DNA of 64,000 nucleotides from Octopus vulgaris (lineage: Eukaryota), in contig OX597828.1 of assembly GCA_951406725.2 (NCBI GenBank), positions 10,168,001 to 10,232,000 of the forward strand, given 5' to 3'. The translations under genes were made by a program, and so were the position numbers. This document shows, one piece after another, positions 13,632 through 26,833 of this stretch. Each line of letters starts with the position of its first letter. Position 1 is the first letter of the stretch. The notes under the pieces are model-generated. The model made no database searches. It was not told where the DNA came from and was given only the letters and a program-made list of their open reading frames with translations.

Positions 13632-13651
13632 TACACATGTATATATATATG

Positions 13652-13683
<32 letters not shown>

Positions 13684-13840
13684 TGAGAGAGAGAGAGAGA
13701 TTCATACATATGTGTATACATAGATAATGCATGTATATGCATAAACACATGCATATGTGTATAAAGTGTGTGTGCCTGTGTATGCATATATATATATATA
13801 TATATATATGCATGTATGTTTGTCTACGTTTATGCATATT
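13425..13840. repeat. Near-identical local tandem duplication (~250-bp period)
   Basis: tttattga(ga)n-ttcatacatatgtgtatacatagataatgcatg...gtttgtctacgtttatgc at about 13425-13587 and 13678-13835. Confidence 0.9.
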
Positions 13841-13893
<53 letters not shown>

Positions 13894-14171
13894 GTATATG
13901 CATTACCGCACGACTGAAACCATTAAAGGAATAAAGGAACAAAAGAATATGTATACACACATACAGACACACAAACTTATATATATGTATATATACTCGT
14001 ATACTTTTACTTGAACGAAAATAATTTAAATAAATCAACAATATGTCTGCTGTGGTATATTCTAAGCATTTCGTTGTTTTGATTCGCATTCACGTATTTG
14101 GAGATTCTTTTGTCTTCACCGAATTTCTTTGTACATGAGTGTGTGCGTTTATTATTTATACTCATGCATAA

Positions 14172-14202
<31 letters not shown>

Positions 14203-15636
14203 TACACACACACATATATGCACACACATACTCATTCATTTTTGGTGGGATCATCTTTCTCGAGAGAGCGTTTAATCAGTTTTTCGCTGTACTCTAATTT
14301 GACAACGAAATTGCGACACATTTTCCAGACATGAAAGAGAAGAGAATAGCATTTTTCTGAATCTTACTTGCGTTTACCCTAATGCTCTTTTATTTATATT
14401 TAATCAATGGTCCTCAACCGTTTTTTTTTTACTTATGGGTCCCTTTGACTTCTTTTGGACCACCATAGTCATCCGATGTTTAAAAACTAATTGTATAAAT
14501 GCATTTTTTCAAAATTCCTGTTTTGGTATTTACACATTCACTTGTGTATGTTCAATTGAGTAAAATGAGAAGGAAAAAAGCTTGCTGCTTCTTGCAGTAA
14601 ATACGTATAAATCAGAACATTGGCGTGGACATTTAATGCACTAGTGTGTATTCCCAATTTAAGATTTTGCTTCCATGTACACCACAAAAATCTTGGATAA
14701 TATAAAGATCTTCGCCCGTTAACAAAAAAAATTAAAGATATACAAACAGCCTGCTGGGTGTTAACAACTGTGTAGAAAACGAATATGACTAAAAAAAAAT
14801 GCACAAACGAACCTGGGGCGTGGGGAGAGGGCTTCGGACAATTCACAAGATCAGAATTTTCCGTCATGACTTTCGGGAAATTATAAATTTAGTGATTTGT
14901 TTTTTTACGGAATCTCACGTTTTTGGTCATGAAGGATCCGATTCTGAAAAACATTGTTTTTCAAAATTCGTGTTTTCAAAATTGTAATTTTCCGGCCTTG
15001 GCCTTCAAGCACGCTATCCATATGCTAGAAATAACAGCTAAATCTCACGAAACAACGATAAAATTATGAAAGAGATATGTAATCAATCTTCTCAGCTTTC
15101 TGCAAAGATTTCTTTCAGAGGAATTTCCCGCAGTAATATGACAAAGTAATTCACGTGAAGTTAAAGTATTTTTGTTTTTAAGCTTTTCCGATTTTTTAAA
15201 AATCAATCTACATGGGAAAATGCAGCGGTTACGAATATGGGGAAAAAAATAACTACAAATTCAAAATTTAATTTCAATTTTTTAATGAAAATCTCCGACC
15301 CACAATCACCCCCACCTCCCCGCCATCCCGCTATCTAAAAGTTAAAATGAACGGTTGTGTTGCCTGTTTCTGTAAGCGTTATAGTGAAAGGATCACGGCA
15401 AGTGCCCGGTCACTAAAACGAAAAAAAGAAAAAAACAGTCTAACAGGTGTTCATTAAGTTTTCGCAGTTTTGTGAGATTTTGCTGTTATTTCTAGCATAC
15501 AGATAGCCTGCTTGAAGTCCAAGTTCGTAGAGTTGGAAGGGGAGTAGGTTGGGGCATATATTTATTATTTTATTGTTGAAAAATTGAAATTTTACAAACA
15601 AATTTTTTTCAGAATCCTAATCTTCGTATGTTTCTA

Positions 15637-16537
15637 CGTATCACTCCTTTTCGATTCACTAAAGTGGGTCTTTTTTTCTTCAAAGTTTGGTTCAAACGCT
15701 TTAATTGCTGACAGTAGACTTGAGCGTTGATTGTTGCATTAGGCGGTACCAATTCAAAGAGCATTACTCCTTTGCAATCCCACCAGATATAGAGAAGAAA
15801 CTTTTTCCTGTGAAGTTCCCTTCTCAGTTGTGGTTGAACTTTTTCCCTTTCACCAAGCCACTGTTTACGACATTTAACATTTCGACAGAAGATCCATTTT
15901 TCGTCACCAGTCACAAGTCTATTCAAGAAGGGTGAAATGAGTTCGCGAGAATGGAGAACAGAGCAGATGTCAACTCGAGATTTGCGGTTGCTTTCGGACA
16001 ATTGACGAGGCACCCATTTTCCAAGTTTAGGAAGCTTTCCAAGTTTTTGAAGATGACGATGAACAGTTGTATGGTTTGAACTAAGCTATATTGCCAATTC
16101 CTCAGCTGATAATGCAGGATTTTCTTCAAGTAATGCCTCAAGGAGCTTATCAGAAAACCCAACTGGACGTCCTGTTCGATCTTCGACTTCAAGGCTGAAA
16201 TCTCTACTTCTAAATTATGTAAACCATCTTCTGCAAGTTCTTTCATTCAAACATTATTTCCCATAAACTGAGTGTATGCTTCGAGTCGCATCGGCTGCAG
16301 AGTTTCCGTTTTTGTACTCATAACGCATTATGTGCCTCAAATGCTTTTTGGATTCTTCCATGTTAGAAAGGGTTTTAATTTTAATCCTATTATTCTGTAA
16401 AATAATGTTTAATTAATTTAAATGTACACAAATGCATAAAAATAGTTTTTAATTCCATTAGACGTTCTAAAATACTATCAAATTTCATTCAATTTTAAAA
16501 CAAGGTAAAATCGGACAGAACTTATGGCATGACATGA
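15637..16537 (-). mobile_element. Mariner transposon, 3'-truncated transposase pseudogene
   Basis: GKWVPRQL (WVPHEL-like), FLNRLVTGDEKWIF, IWWDCKGVMLFELVPPNATINAQVYCQQL. 5' TIR-like ta-tcatgtcatgccataagttctgtccg at 16512-16539. Confidence 0.9.
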
Positions 16538-16539
16538 TA

Positions 16540-17268
16540 CATGCAGTACAGTTCCTATCTTTACAGGGGATTCTACTAAAAGGATAGGTTCTACCGATTA
16601 GGGATTTGATAGGGTTGCCTGACCCATTCTACAACCTTAATTATTAGCATAAGTTTGTCTAGGGCCCTTCTCAAGCGGTACGCTTTTCGCCTCTAGGGGT
16701 GGTGTCGATGAACATGATACTCTGGTATTTGTGGCTATCATATCATGAGTTGGCCTTCTCTATTTTCTTCGTAGTCCTTTCAATGGTGTTCCATGACTTG
16801 GTCCTATAGTGGACAAATCCCATTCCTATCGCTACGTATGATAGTTTCAAATTTCCTCATGACTCCTTTATGTACTCTGATCCTTTCTCTATGGCTGTAT
16901 ACTGAGAACTGCATACGATGAACGAAAAGTTGTATGTGTTTCTTTATATCCGTAGGGTCGCACATGCGGGACACATTTCTCATTACTCTGATGAGGTCTG
17001 CAATCAATATATTGAAATTTGGCATTGTCCATGACAGCTGAGTTCCGGTGGATCAGGTATTTGGAGGTCATAAGTTTGGCATAGTGTGAATGAAGTGTTC
17101 GGGTTTTATTATTCACTTTTTCCAGCCAGAGTTCTGTATCAAGTACTGGTAGTCTATGGTTATTGTGTTACGTAGGATAGTCTATCGTGACCTGGTGGAT
17201 GAGGTTGGCTATTTACTGGATGCTCTCTATAGTATTAGCTTCTATTTCTATTTCAAGTACTCTCTAGA
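16540..17268 (-). mobile_element. Penelope-like element RT thumb/linker fragment (pseudogene)
   Basis: Frameshifted translation: IANLIHQVTIDYP..RLPVLDTELWL..HSHYAKLMTSKYLIHRNSA..NILIADLIRVMRNVS..GICPLYR..YQSIMFIDTTPRGE..IKVVE..YPFSRIPCKDRNCTAC. This is typical of the region between PLE RT and the GIY-YIG domain. Confidence 0.8.
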
Positions 17269-17269
17269 A

Positions 17270-17582
17270 AGGTGCTTTACCACTACGTTGACATCATCGA
17301 CATAGCGAGAGTACATGTCCATGAGTATGGAGTTGTGTGTCAGGCGTTCTTTAAGTCCTCTGTCCCACTATACCATGAAAATGTTGGCCACATGTGTGTA
17401 CCGTTGGCGATTTTTTCCTCCGTCTTCCCTTCTCTGGATCTTTCCTTTTCCTATGTTTCTGACGAAGAGCTCCGCTCGACACGTTGAACCCTCTTCCCTT
17501 CCTTCTTGAGCGTCCAATATTACTATATTTGTTCCACCTCCTCGCGTTGTTGTGTTTCCTCTTTGTGTTTCCCTGTTTGGAT

Positions 17583-17587
<5 letters not shown>
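17270..17587 (+). mobile_element. Penelope-like pseudo-LTR, inverted relative to the adjacent RT fragment
   Basis: Contains a minimal HHR, ends in (TA)n, and has a homologous copy at 41760-41908. Confidence 0.7.
17455..17489 (+). ncRNA. Minimal hammerhead motif, probably inactivated (GAAA to GACA)
   Basis: gttt-CTGACGA-a gagc tcc gctc-GAcAC GTT-gaac; palindromic ACGT stem III. Confidence 0.65.
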
Positions 17588-17612
<25 letters not shown>

Positions 17613-17613
<1 letters not shown>

Positions 17614-18391
17614 TTAAAATTAAATAATAAGGGTAGAAATTGATATTAATCAATTAAAACCAGTGGCTTAGCATATTTTTTTAAATCCGAAGATTAAAAA
17701 TTGTTTTATATACAAAATTTAGAGGACTGAAAAAGTGGGCTTATATATATCTAAATATTGATATCATAATTATATTACCACGAAAATATTTTTCTTTAGA
17801 ACACATTCTTCGTTGTACACTTAAGGATTTTTTTCCATGCCGAGCCAAAGCTTTCCACTTTTAGCGTAGACTCAAAATTAAAATATAGCCCGTCGTATAT
17901 ATATATACATTTATGTATTTTGTATACGTATGCATATATTTCAGTACATATGTATCTATCTATCATTCTATCTATGTATGTAAGAATCAAGGCAACTCTC
18001 GAATCATATTTGCTGCGAATGTACATTGAATATTAAATTATATCGTAAATTCAAATAGAGGTCAATGAAATAGTCGAATCAAGAATCGCATATTCGTACA
18101 TTCAAACTGAAGCATAGGAATATGTACACATAGATACAAACATAGATGTAATTATATGTACACACTCATAAAAAGAGAAAGAGAATATTTAAAATTAAAT
18201 AATAAGGGTAGAAATTGATATTAATCAATTAAAACCAGTGGCTTAGCATATTTTTTTTAAAATCCGAAGATTAAAAATTGTTTTACATACACATATGTAT
18301 ATTGTGTGTCTGCATATACATAAGCAGTATATATGTGTGTGCATGTGTGTGTGCATGGAGTGAGTGTGTGGTGCATACATATACATATATG

Positions 18392-18432
<41 letters not shown>

Positions 18433-18489
18433 ATATATGCAATGTTTATAAACATATATGAGCATATGACAATATACGCACTTTTAGCG

Positions 18490-18526
<37 letters not shown>

Positions 18527-19062
18527 ACATTTATGTATTTTGTATACGTATGCATATATTTCAGTACATATGTATCTATCTATCATTCTATCTATGTATG
18601 TAAGAATCAAGGCAACTCTCGAATCATATTTGCTGCGAATGTACGTTGAATATTAAATTATATCGTAAATTCAAATAGAGGTCAATGAAATAGTCGAATC
18701 AAGAATCACATATTCGTACATTCAAACTGAAGCATAGGAATATGTACACATAGATACAAACATAGATGTAATTATATGTACACACTCATAAAAACATGCA
18801 TACTTATATATATGCAATAGGTTTTTTCAGAGTCACCCTTGAATGTATTTCAACGCCATCAACAGCACGATTCCTTTAAGCATGAGAAAGTTATCGGTTC
18901 AACAAATGAAAGTTTATATTTACTTTCGTTCATGTAAGGGTGACCTTTTTTGCGTATGTATACATATGTATATTGTGTGTCTGCATATACATAAGCAGTA
19001 TATATGTGTGTGCATGTGTGTGTGCATGGAGTGAGTGTGTGGTGCATACATATACATATATG

Positions 19063-19103
<41 letters not shown>

Positions 19104-19150
19104 ATATATGCAATGTTTATAAACATATATGAGCATATGACAATATACGC

Positions 19151-19151
<1 letters not shown>
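17613..19151. repeat. Mosaic of three near-identical duplicated blocks (A-B-A-C-B-C)
   Basis: A about 17613-17707 = 18188-18284; B about 17900-18173 = 18520-18794; C about 18290-18480 = 18960-19151. Confidence 0.9.
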
Positions 19152-19192
<41 letters not shown>

Positions 19193-19225
19193 GTATATAT
19201 ATGTGAATACATATCAGAAATGTTG

Positions 19226-19274
<49 letters not shown>

Positions 19275-19840
19275 ATGTATGTATGTATGTATGTATGTAT
19301 GTATGTATGTATGTATATACACACATATATACAAATGTTTGTTGCAGCAGCTGAGGATGGCGGACGTGGGAGAAGGGAAAATTGTAAATAATATATAGGC
19401 CAACATCATTGCAGTCTGCTGAAGCAGAGAGCATAATTGATGGAATGGCTGGATACTAAATTACACCAAAATACAGAGGCGCCAAAATCATCAATATCTA
19501 AATGTGCAATTAAATTCATTTCGAAAGAAATCCATTATTGAAGTGCAAAGTGATACCAGGGAACACCTAATAAACATGTGCAGTTAAGTGATGTTGATAA
19601 ATGACACATAGACCCCATTGTAGTGGGCAAAGGGACTTAGTCGAATTACTCCGGAAATTGGAAAATTGTATTATATCTTCAGCAAATTTATTCGGCCGCT
19701 GCAACGTAATTCTGCAAAATCATACAATGTATAGCCACTTAGTTACACAAAAAAAAAACGCACAAACACATGCAAACATGCACATGCATGCATATGTTTG
19801 GATCTGTATATGTTTATATATGTGTGTGTGTGTGTGTATG

Positions 19841-19977
<137 letters not shown>

Positions 19978-20895
19978 ATAAATATATATATGTCCATAAA
20001 TACATACGCACACATATCATATATGCATATATACGGATGCATGTTAGGAGATGTAAAATGTCCAAGCATTGTTTGTAAATGTGTTAATGTGGTCATGTGT
20101 TGAAACTCAAACAATTACATCAGGACCAAGTTATGTTAGCCATTTAGAAACAAACAAAAATTGATATATTCACATTGGTCTGTTTCATATTAGCATTGTA
20201 AACTATAAAGTGTCAAATATTTCTGTGTCAGCCAGCAGACATACTTGTTTGACAGCAGCTCCAATGAGTATATTGTAAATATATTGAATATATACGCACA
20301 CATATATACACTCTGTCTCCCTGCATAGGCGCAACAAATACACATACGTATATAATTAAAATGCTGTCCACGAAATTGTCTAAATATACGTCTATAACAC
20401 ATCAATACACACACGCAAATACACACATCAATACACACACACATTCACTCACACACGTATACATTCTATTACGGCCGAAAAAGTGTTTACGTAGCCTTAC
20501 TTAGAGTTTCACGTTTCACCAGCGCTAACATGAAACTCTAAGTAAAATTTTGTGAAGAAATTTGCCTTGAATATGACGCATATTATCCGGCCTTTGATAT
20601 ATGTGTACAGTGACTACATATATATAATTCGTATTACTTTTTGTTTTTTGTATTTATATTCGTGTGGTATCGTCCGTTTTTCTTCCTTGTTTCGTATACA
20701 TTCGATCCTTTTTCCAAGAAATATAATGCTCGTAGCTTAGTTTTCCTTGGGGCTGACTGGATCGGAGCGATCTCAAAATTAATCAGCCGAAATTGCGAGG
20801 ATGATCCGGTTCTTGACTGAAGATTAGAGGCTTCGAATTTTTTGTGTCGTCTATTTGAATGTTTTGCGTTCTTGTCCCATTTTGTATTTTATATA

Positions 20896-20943
<48 letters not shown>

Positions 20944-21244
20944 TGTTAAACAAGACGTCAAAGCAAACATTAAGGCAATGTAAACATCTCAAGTCATATA
21001 CAATCTTCTTATAGGAAGAAATTCAAAATCTTACTGCTGTTTCTGGGATATCCCAGAGTATGGGATATTCCATCATCGGAGACAAATAGCATGAAAATAT
21101 GGAAAATGAGAATGGCATACATCAATAAGATGGCAACATAGAGGTAGCAGGTAAAAGAATAACGAGATGGAAAGAGAAAAAAAAGAATCCATAGAAACTA
21201 GAGCATGAGTCCTTAGGTGCAATCCTGCGTAGATCCATGAGCGT

Positions 21245-22320
21245 AAGTCTTTGGCGGAGGTAAAGAATATGGACTGCACCCGCTTTCTGTTATTTTTACT
21301 ATTATTTTTTTTTCTACAGAAACCCACCTTTTCAACTGCGGAGATTCCGAATCTGCAAATAAAGAAAAAAACCAAAAGAAAATCGGTATTTCAAAATGTT
21401 AATTTTTTAAAATTTCAATATTTCAAAAATAAAAAAAAATAAGAACACCCACTCCACTCCGCCAGTGCATCTGTGACAGAAAGTGAACATGTTGTGTTTG
21501 AAGGTCTTTTGGAATTAAGTTATGTAAAAATTAGTTTTTTTTTTTCACACATACACACACACGACACGACAACAAAATGATTTTAATTTTAATTTTTTTT
21601 TCTTTTTAGATAATTCTTATTTAGAAAGTGGATCTTTGGTTTGGCTGTTTTTTCTAGCTTTCATAAAAGTTGAAGATTTTGAAAAACCCATTCCCCCCCC
21701 CCCCATTCCACCACTCTGGCAAAAAATAAATAAGGATGCGGGGAAAATAAAAATTTTGAAAACATGATTCGTCGTTTAGCTACTGATTCTACCATATCGA
21801 GTTTTCTGTTTAGATACTTTCTTACGTCTGCTATATCAGTAGGAGGGGAGGAGTGTTTATTATTATCATTTTTTTTTTTTGAAAGATTGAAATTTTACCA
21901 ATGTTATTTAGAATCATATTCTCCGTATTTCGCAAAAAAGAATTTAAAAAAAAAGTGAAAAACTTGGTGTGTATGGGGTAATTAAAATTTTGAAATGCCG
22001 AAATCTGGGTTTCTGTAGAAAAAAAAACCTAAAAAATAACTAAGGTCCTTTACCTATTTCTTTATTACCCACAAGGGGCTAAACACAGAGGGGACGAACA
22101 AGGACAGACATAGGTATTAAGTCGATTAAATCGACCCCAGTGCGTAACTGGTACTTAATTTATCGACCCCGAAAGGATGAAAGGCAAAGTCAACCTCGGC
22201 GGAATTTGAACTCACAATGTAACGGCAGACGAAATACCGCTAAGCATTTCGCCCGGCGTGCTAACGTTTCTGCCAGCTGGCCGCCTTAAAACATAGCGTT
22301 CCCATGCCCCGCCAAGACTT
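21245..22320. mobile_element. Non-autonomous TIR element with ~31-bp flanking direct repeats
   Basis: Termini aagtctttggcgg / ccgccaagactt; subterminal IR ttctacagaaaccca / tgggtttctgtagaa; flanks taggtgcaatc..gcgta..tccatg at 21214-21244 and 22321-22353. Confidence 0.7.
22053..22287 (-). mobile_element. SINE family B, full length
   Basis: Minus head aaggcggccagctggcagaaacgttagcacgccgggcgaaatgcttagcgg, B box gagttcaaattcc, tail gggtaataaagaaatagg. Confidence 0.92.
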
Positions 22321-23170
22321 TAGGTGCAATCAAGCGTATATATCCATGTGGGTTGAAGTCCTGATATAGTAGACATCCCAAGAAAAAGACGCGAACGTAT
22401 CAACGTCCATTAACAGAATGGTATAGGAAGTGACTATTGGTAAAAGTAAAGAAAAGAAATAGAGAGGTAGAGTGAAGTAGGGGGATTTTAAGGATTGTCT
22501 ATATGATAAAGTAAAGGACTTATGTTTATTGTGTCTAAGAATTGTGTACGAGGTAGCCGAGAGATGAGAGAGAGGATGGGGAGGTAGAAGAAGATAGAGT
22601 TAAAAAATAGAGCGAAATGAAAGGAATATAGAGTAATAGATGTCAGGTAGTCTCAAAGTCTAAACTTGTTTAGACTTTGCTGTTGGTGAGGAGTTTTGGT
22701 AGAAATTGTTTGTGTCCATCCTGGCTAAGGTCAGTAGCTGTAGAGTTATTTTTAGAAATGGGGTTGTGTGTGTGCGTAGGTAGTCGAGAAAGGAAGAGTT
22801 CAAAGTTAAATTATTTACGTGTGGGAGTTAGAGTTAGGAGTTTATAGTAGGGGAGTTATTGGGTTTAGATTTAATATAAATTAGAGAATTAATATTTATC
22901 TCATAGTGTCATGAGGTACGGTAGATAGATATGAGGTAAGGCCAGGAACTAATAAGCATTATATAGATATAGAAGGGGTATGCGTTCATGATCATAGAGG
23001 TTTCTATGTGGGTGCTATTTGAGGGGGGAACTAACATTTAAATTTATGAAAGAATTTAAAAGTGCGGAAGAATTTGTGCTTACAAGTGAAAGCCACGTTG
23101 TGTATATGTATATATATATGTGTGTATATATATATGTGTGTGTGTGCGTGTGTATATGTGTGTGTATAAG

Positions 23171-23396
23171 CACAAGTAAATCTAGAATAATGATATAATA
23201 ATCATTCTCACTCTCCCTTCTCCTTTCCCCTTTTTCTCTCCACCTCTCTCTCTCTCTTTCTCTTTTTCTTTATATATATATAAGAGAGAAAGAGAAACAA
23301 AGAAAGAGAGACAGGAGGATAGAAGGAGAGAGATGGGAAGAGAAAGAGAGAAGGGGAGTGAATAATTATTATATCATTCGTCTAGATTTGCTTGTG
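23171..23396. repeat. ~225-bp imperfect palindrome with pyrimidine-rich and purine-rich arms
   Basis: cacaagtaaatctaga..aatgatataataat..cactctcccttctc / gagaaggggagtg..attattatatcatt..tctagatttgcttgtg, centred on a (TA)n run at about 23275. Confidence 0.75.
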
Positions 23397-25218
23397 ATCG
23401 ACTGTATATACTTGAGTGCTTGTGTGTGTTGTTGCTGTTTACTTTAACTCTGCCTGTATAGAGACAACCTATAATGAAAGACTTGCTTTCCATTAACCTG
23501 ACATCCTTATACATAATTTATCTATTACTGCCTTAGAATTATTTCCTTTTCCTGAAATAATTTAAGGTATGAGACAGAGGTATTTTGCTACTCTTTCTAG
23601 CAAATTGGGGATGTGGTTTCATGTTTTTAGTGGTTCTTTTCTCAGCTGATATCTTAGCAATGATAACTTGGCTGTCTACGGTGTAACAATAGTCGCTTCC
23701 TAAACGAAATGTCAAAATAATCATAGAATATAGATTTATTATTTGAGGAGAAGCTATGAGTGTTGATGAAATATTCCAGAATCACCATGGTTATTTCAAC
23801 GAATGAATAAGATATTATATGAAAAACTTTACTTGTATCTATACAGTATTATTCTTAGAAATATGCTTGAATTATAATTTACATGTCAATTTTCTCTGAG
23901 TAGTGATCAATCGTCAGTATCTATGGAGAAGATGGTAACATGGTATAAATATAGAAGTATGTATATTGAAAGAATTCAGAATACATTTCAATATTTTATG
24001 CAAATATACACAATTTCCTATTGTTACAGTGGTTTGATATATTATAGAATTGTAGACGCAGACATGGCTGTATATTTAAGAAGTTATTGATTGATAACAC
24101 AACGCTCCTGGTTCAATCCCACTTTGCGACGACTTGAGAATAAAGTTTGTGTTGTAGCTTTGATTTAACCAATAATTTTTGTGCAGAATTTATTACACGG
24201 TTCAGTATAGAAAGCTGTCGCTTTCCATGTATACAATGTATCATTTTCTAGATTAGTCTTTATCTTGTTTAAAACTGAATTGTGTTAATCTTGGAGGCTG
24301 ACTCTTTCTCAATTCTGCAGTGCTACAAGTAGAATTCTATAAATTTAGTATCCAACAGGAATATGTAATGTGCTTGAAGTTATAGTTCATCCTTGAAAGT
24401 ATTGCTGCTTAATTGTAAAGTACTTTCATTGGAATCCTTTTCTATTTGTAATTTTCATTTTTCTCTTTGTTCAGAACTAAGCATATTGATATAACATTCA
24501 AATAACGTATTGTATTGTTAATTCTTTATTAATTGTTTAGCATCTTTTCTCTGGCATAATAACATGGAAAGTTCTGCATCTTCAAGTGATTTATTATAGG
24601 CTATGCAGAAGATGAGGAATCCCAAATCGCCAGCATAATTTACCAGGCAGTTAAGCATTAGCATCATTAGTGAGCGTTAACTTTGGATTGTATTGTTTGC
24701 AATATACATCAGTACATATATACATGCATAAAGAGGTAGAAACATACGTTCAGACACACACGCAAACGCACATACACACACACACATAAACGTGCTCATC
24801 ATTTAAAGACTCGTAATATAGTTCTAATGATAAGGTAATGTATCACGTACTTTTTGCCTGCTGTAATCATCGACCACTAAACTAATTACTATATCAATTA
24901 TATATATCTTACATCAGAATATCTTCATCTAAACACCTTTCGCATCATTCTACTGTTTATTCGAAATGATATGCCCTGTCAATATATCTCTTATCTCCTT
25001 CATATAATTCAGTCAATGAGGTGTAAATTTTCAAATGCGTTACTGATGACAACGTGTTTCTCGATAAGAAAATAACTACAAAGTGCATCGTTTCATTTCC
25101 AAAAAAGAAAATTGTAACCGCAGAGAACACAAAAAGCTATGCACACTGAGTGTTTAGGAGATACTATGTCAGTCGCAATTTTCCAGTACAACTTCGTGTG
25201 ATATCAACACGAGTCTAT

Positions 25219-25266
<48 letters not shown>

Positions 25267-25407
25267 TCACTCACTCACTCACTCACTCAGACACATATAT
25301 GTGCATAAGGAAAAACATTTAACCGCAAGTGTGTCTTAACAAAATAAAATAGTTGCAAAATACACTTAAATGCAGTGCTATACACACACACACACACACA
25401 TATATAA

Positions 25408-25812
25408 GCACAGGCGTAGCTTTGTGATAAGAAGGTTGCTTCCCAACCACATGGTTCCAGGTTCAGTCCCACTATGTGTCTTCTACTATAGCCTCGGACA
25501 GACCAAAGCTTTGTGGGTGGATATGGTAGACGAAATTGAAAGAAGTTTGTTGCATATGTAATATATTTATGCGTGTATTTATGTGTGTGTGTCTGTGTGT
25601 CTGTGTTTATCCCTCCGCCATCGCTTGACAACCAATGCTGGTGTGTTTATGTCCCCAGTAACTTAGCAGTTTGGCAAAGGACAACGATAGAATAAGTACT
25701 AAGCTTACAAAGAATAAGTCCTGGGGTCAATTTTTTCGATTAAACCCCTTTAAGGCGGTGCTCCAGCATTGCCACAGTCAAATGACTGAAAGAGGTAAAC
25801 GAATAAAAGAAT
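25408..25812 (+). mobile_element. SINE family A
   Basis: caaccacatggttccaggttcagtcccact..gtcttctactatagcctcgg..ggcggtgctccagca..cagtcaaatgactgaaa. Confidence 0.9.
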
Positions 25813-25819
25813 AAAATAA

Positions 25820-25879
<60 letters not shown>

Positions 25880-26410
25880 TGTGTGTTGTGTGTGTGTCCA
25901 TATAAAAAGGATAGTCTCTGAAACAACTGCACATTCAGTTAAGTAAACCGAGATCGCCATTGTTTAATAAAAGTACAAATATATATATTGATATTAAAAT
26001 TTAAAATCTGTCTGAAATTTATAGTCACATTAGGTCGGATCTTGAAGTGATTTCGGTGAAGATTATGTGATTGAGATTACAAGATATAATACAATTTTGA
26101 AAGATGGTGGATATGCTGAAACGATAGAATAACATAATTTGGGAAAAAAAAAATTAAAACAGCCTCCATTTTTCTTTTTTACGCCAGGGATACTTTCTGA
26201 CTTCAACAGGTTAAAATAAGTAACAACCAAATTTGAGAGTTAAATGGATCTACTTTTTTCGCTCTCAAACGTTATGAAATTGTAGCTATATTAAAAATCA
26301 ATATCTTACGAATTTAATGCTAGTGGAGTGGTAGAATCGGTAGATAATCGGAGAAAAAACAAAAACAAACATACGGTATTTTGACAATTTCCTTTACCAC
26401 TGGGCCTTGC

Positions 26411-26833
26411 GGATCTTTTCGGTTTGAACGCCAGTTTTTTTCTAGCGGTATCATCTGAAATTGTCACCCATAATTATGACCCTAGAATCGATCTATTGCA
26501 TTTCAATCTCCTTTAGGGCTAGGGTTAGGGTTAGGGGTGGGGGAATGGTATCTTTTTTTCTTCACAAATGTAAATAAACCCAATCTGTTTCATAAACGAG
26601 GGACATATTCATACGGCACAGAATGCTTTTTAACTCAATGGACGTCACTGATTGGTTGAAATTGCAGAAATTGAAGAAAAAAAACAACAAATATCTTACA
26701 AACTATAGAATTTTCTCAATAAAGCCAAGAGAAAAGATCTTTTATAAACACTTTCTACCAGTATACTAAGTTTAAAATTTTTTAGTTACCTAGAAATTAT
26801 GTTTAAAAACTACCGTTCAAACCGAAAAGAACC
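26411..26833. mobile_element. 423-bp TIR element with internal telomere-like repeats and 48-bp flanking direct repeats
   Basis: TIR ggatcttttcggtttgaacgccagttttt / aaaaactaccgttcaaaccgaaaagaacc (26/29). Four TTAGGG-like units at 26513-26536. Direct repeats 26363-26410 and 26834-26881 (46/48). Confidence 0.9.

Noticed and set aside
15001-15520. Inverted ~52-bp repeats (15001-15053 / 15468-15520)
   Set aside because: The gctagaaataacagc motif recurs as a dispersed repeat (e.g. about 35730). Element boundaries and TSD could not be defined.
16740-16750. In-frame TGA in the PLE fragment as possible selenocysteine
   Set aside because: It appears to occupy a Trp-like position in a frameshifted pseudogene, so simple TGG-to-TGA decay is more likely.
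20497-20547. Short hairpin ttacttagagtttca / tgaaactctaagtaa
   Set aside because: Probably a collapsed MITE remnant; too short to classify, and not a terminator in this context.
20812-20852. Possible hammerhead CTGAAGA..cgaat
   Set aside because: Stems II and III and the GAAA cannot be closed; at most a decayed pLTR.
23530-24700. Possible ancient LINE-derived coding sequence (also about 29160-29640 and 43050-43640)
   Set aside because: No diagnostic motif could be read through the many stops.
26513-26536. Interstitial telomere or chromosome-fusion scar
   Set aside because: Only four units, lying inside a TIR-bounded element.
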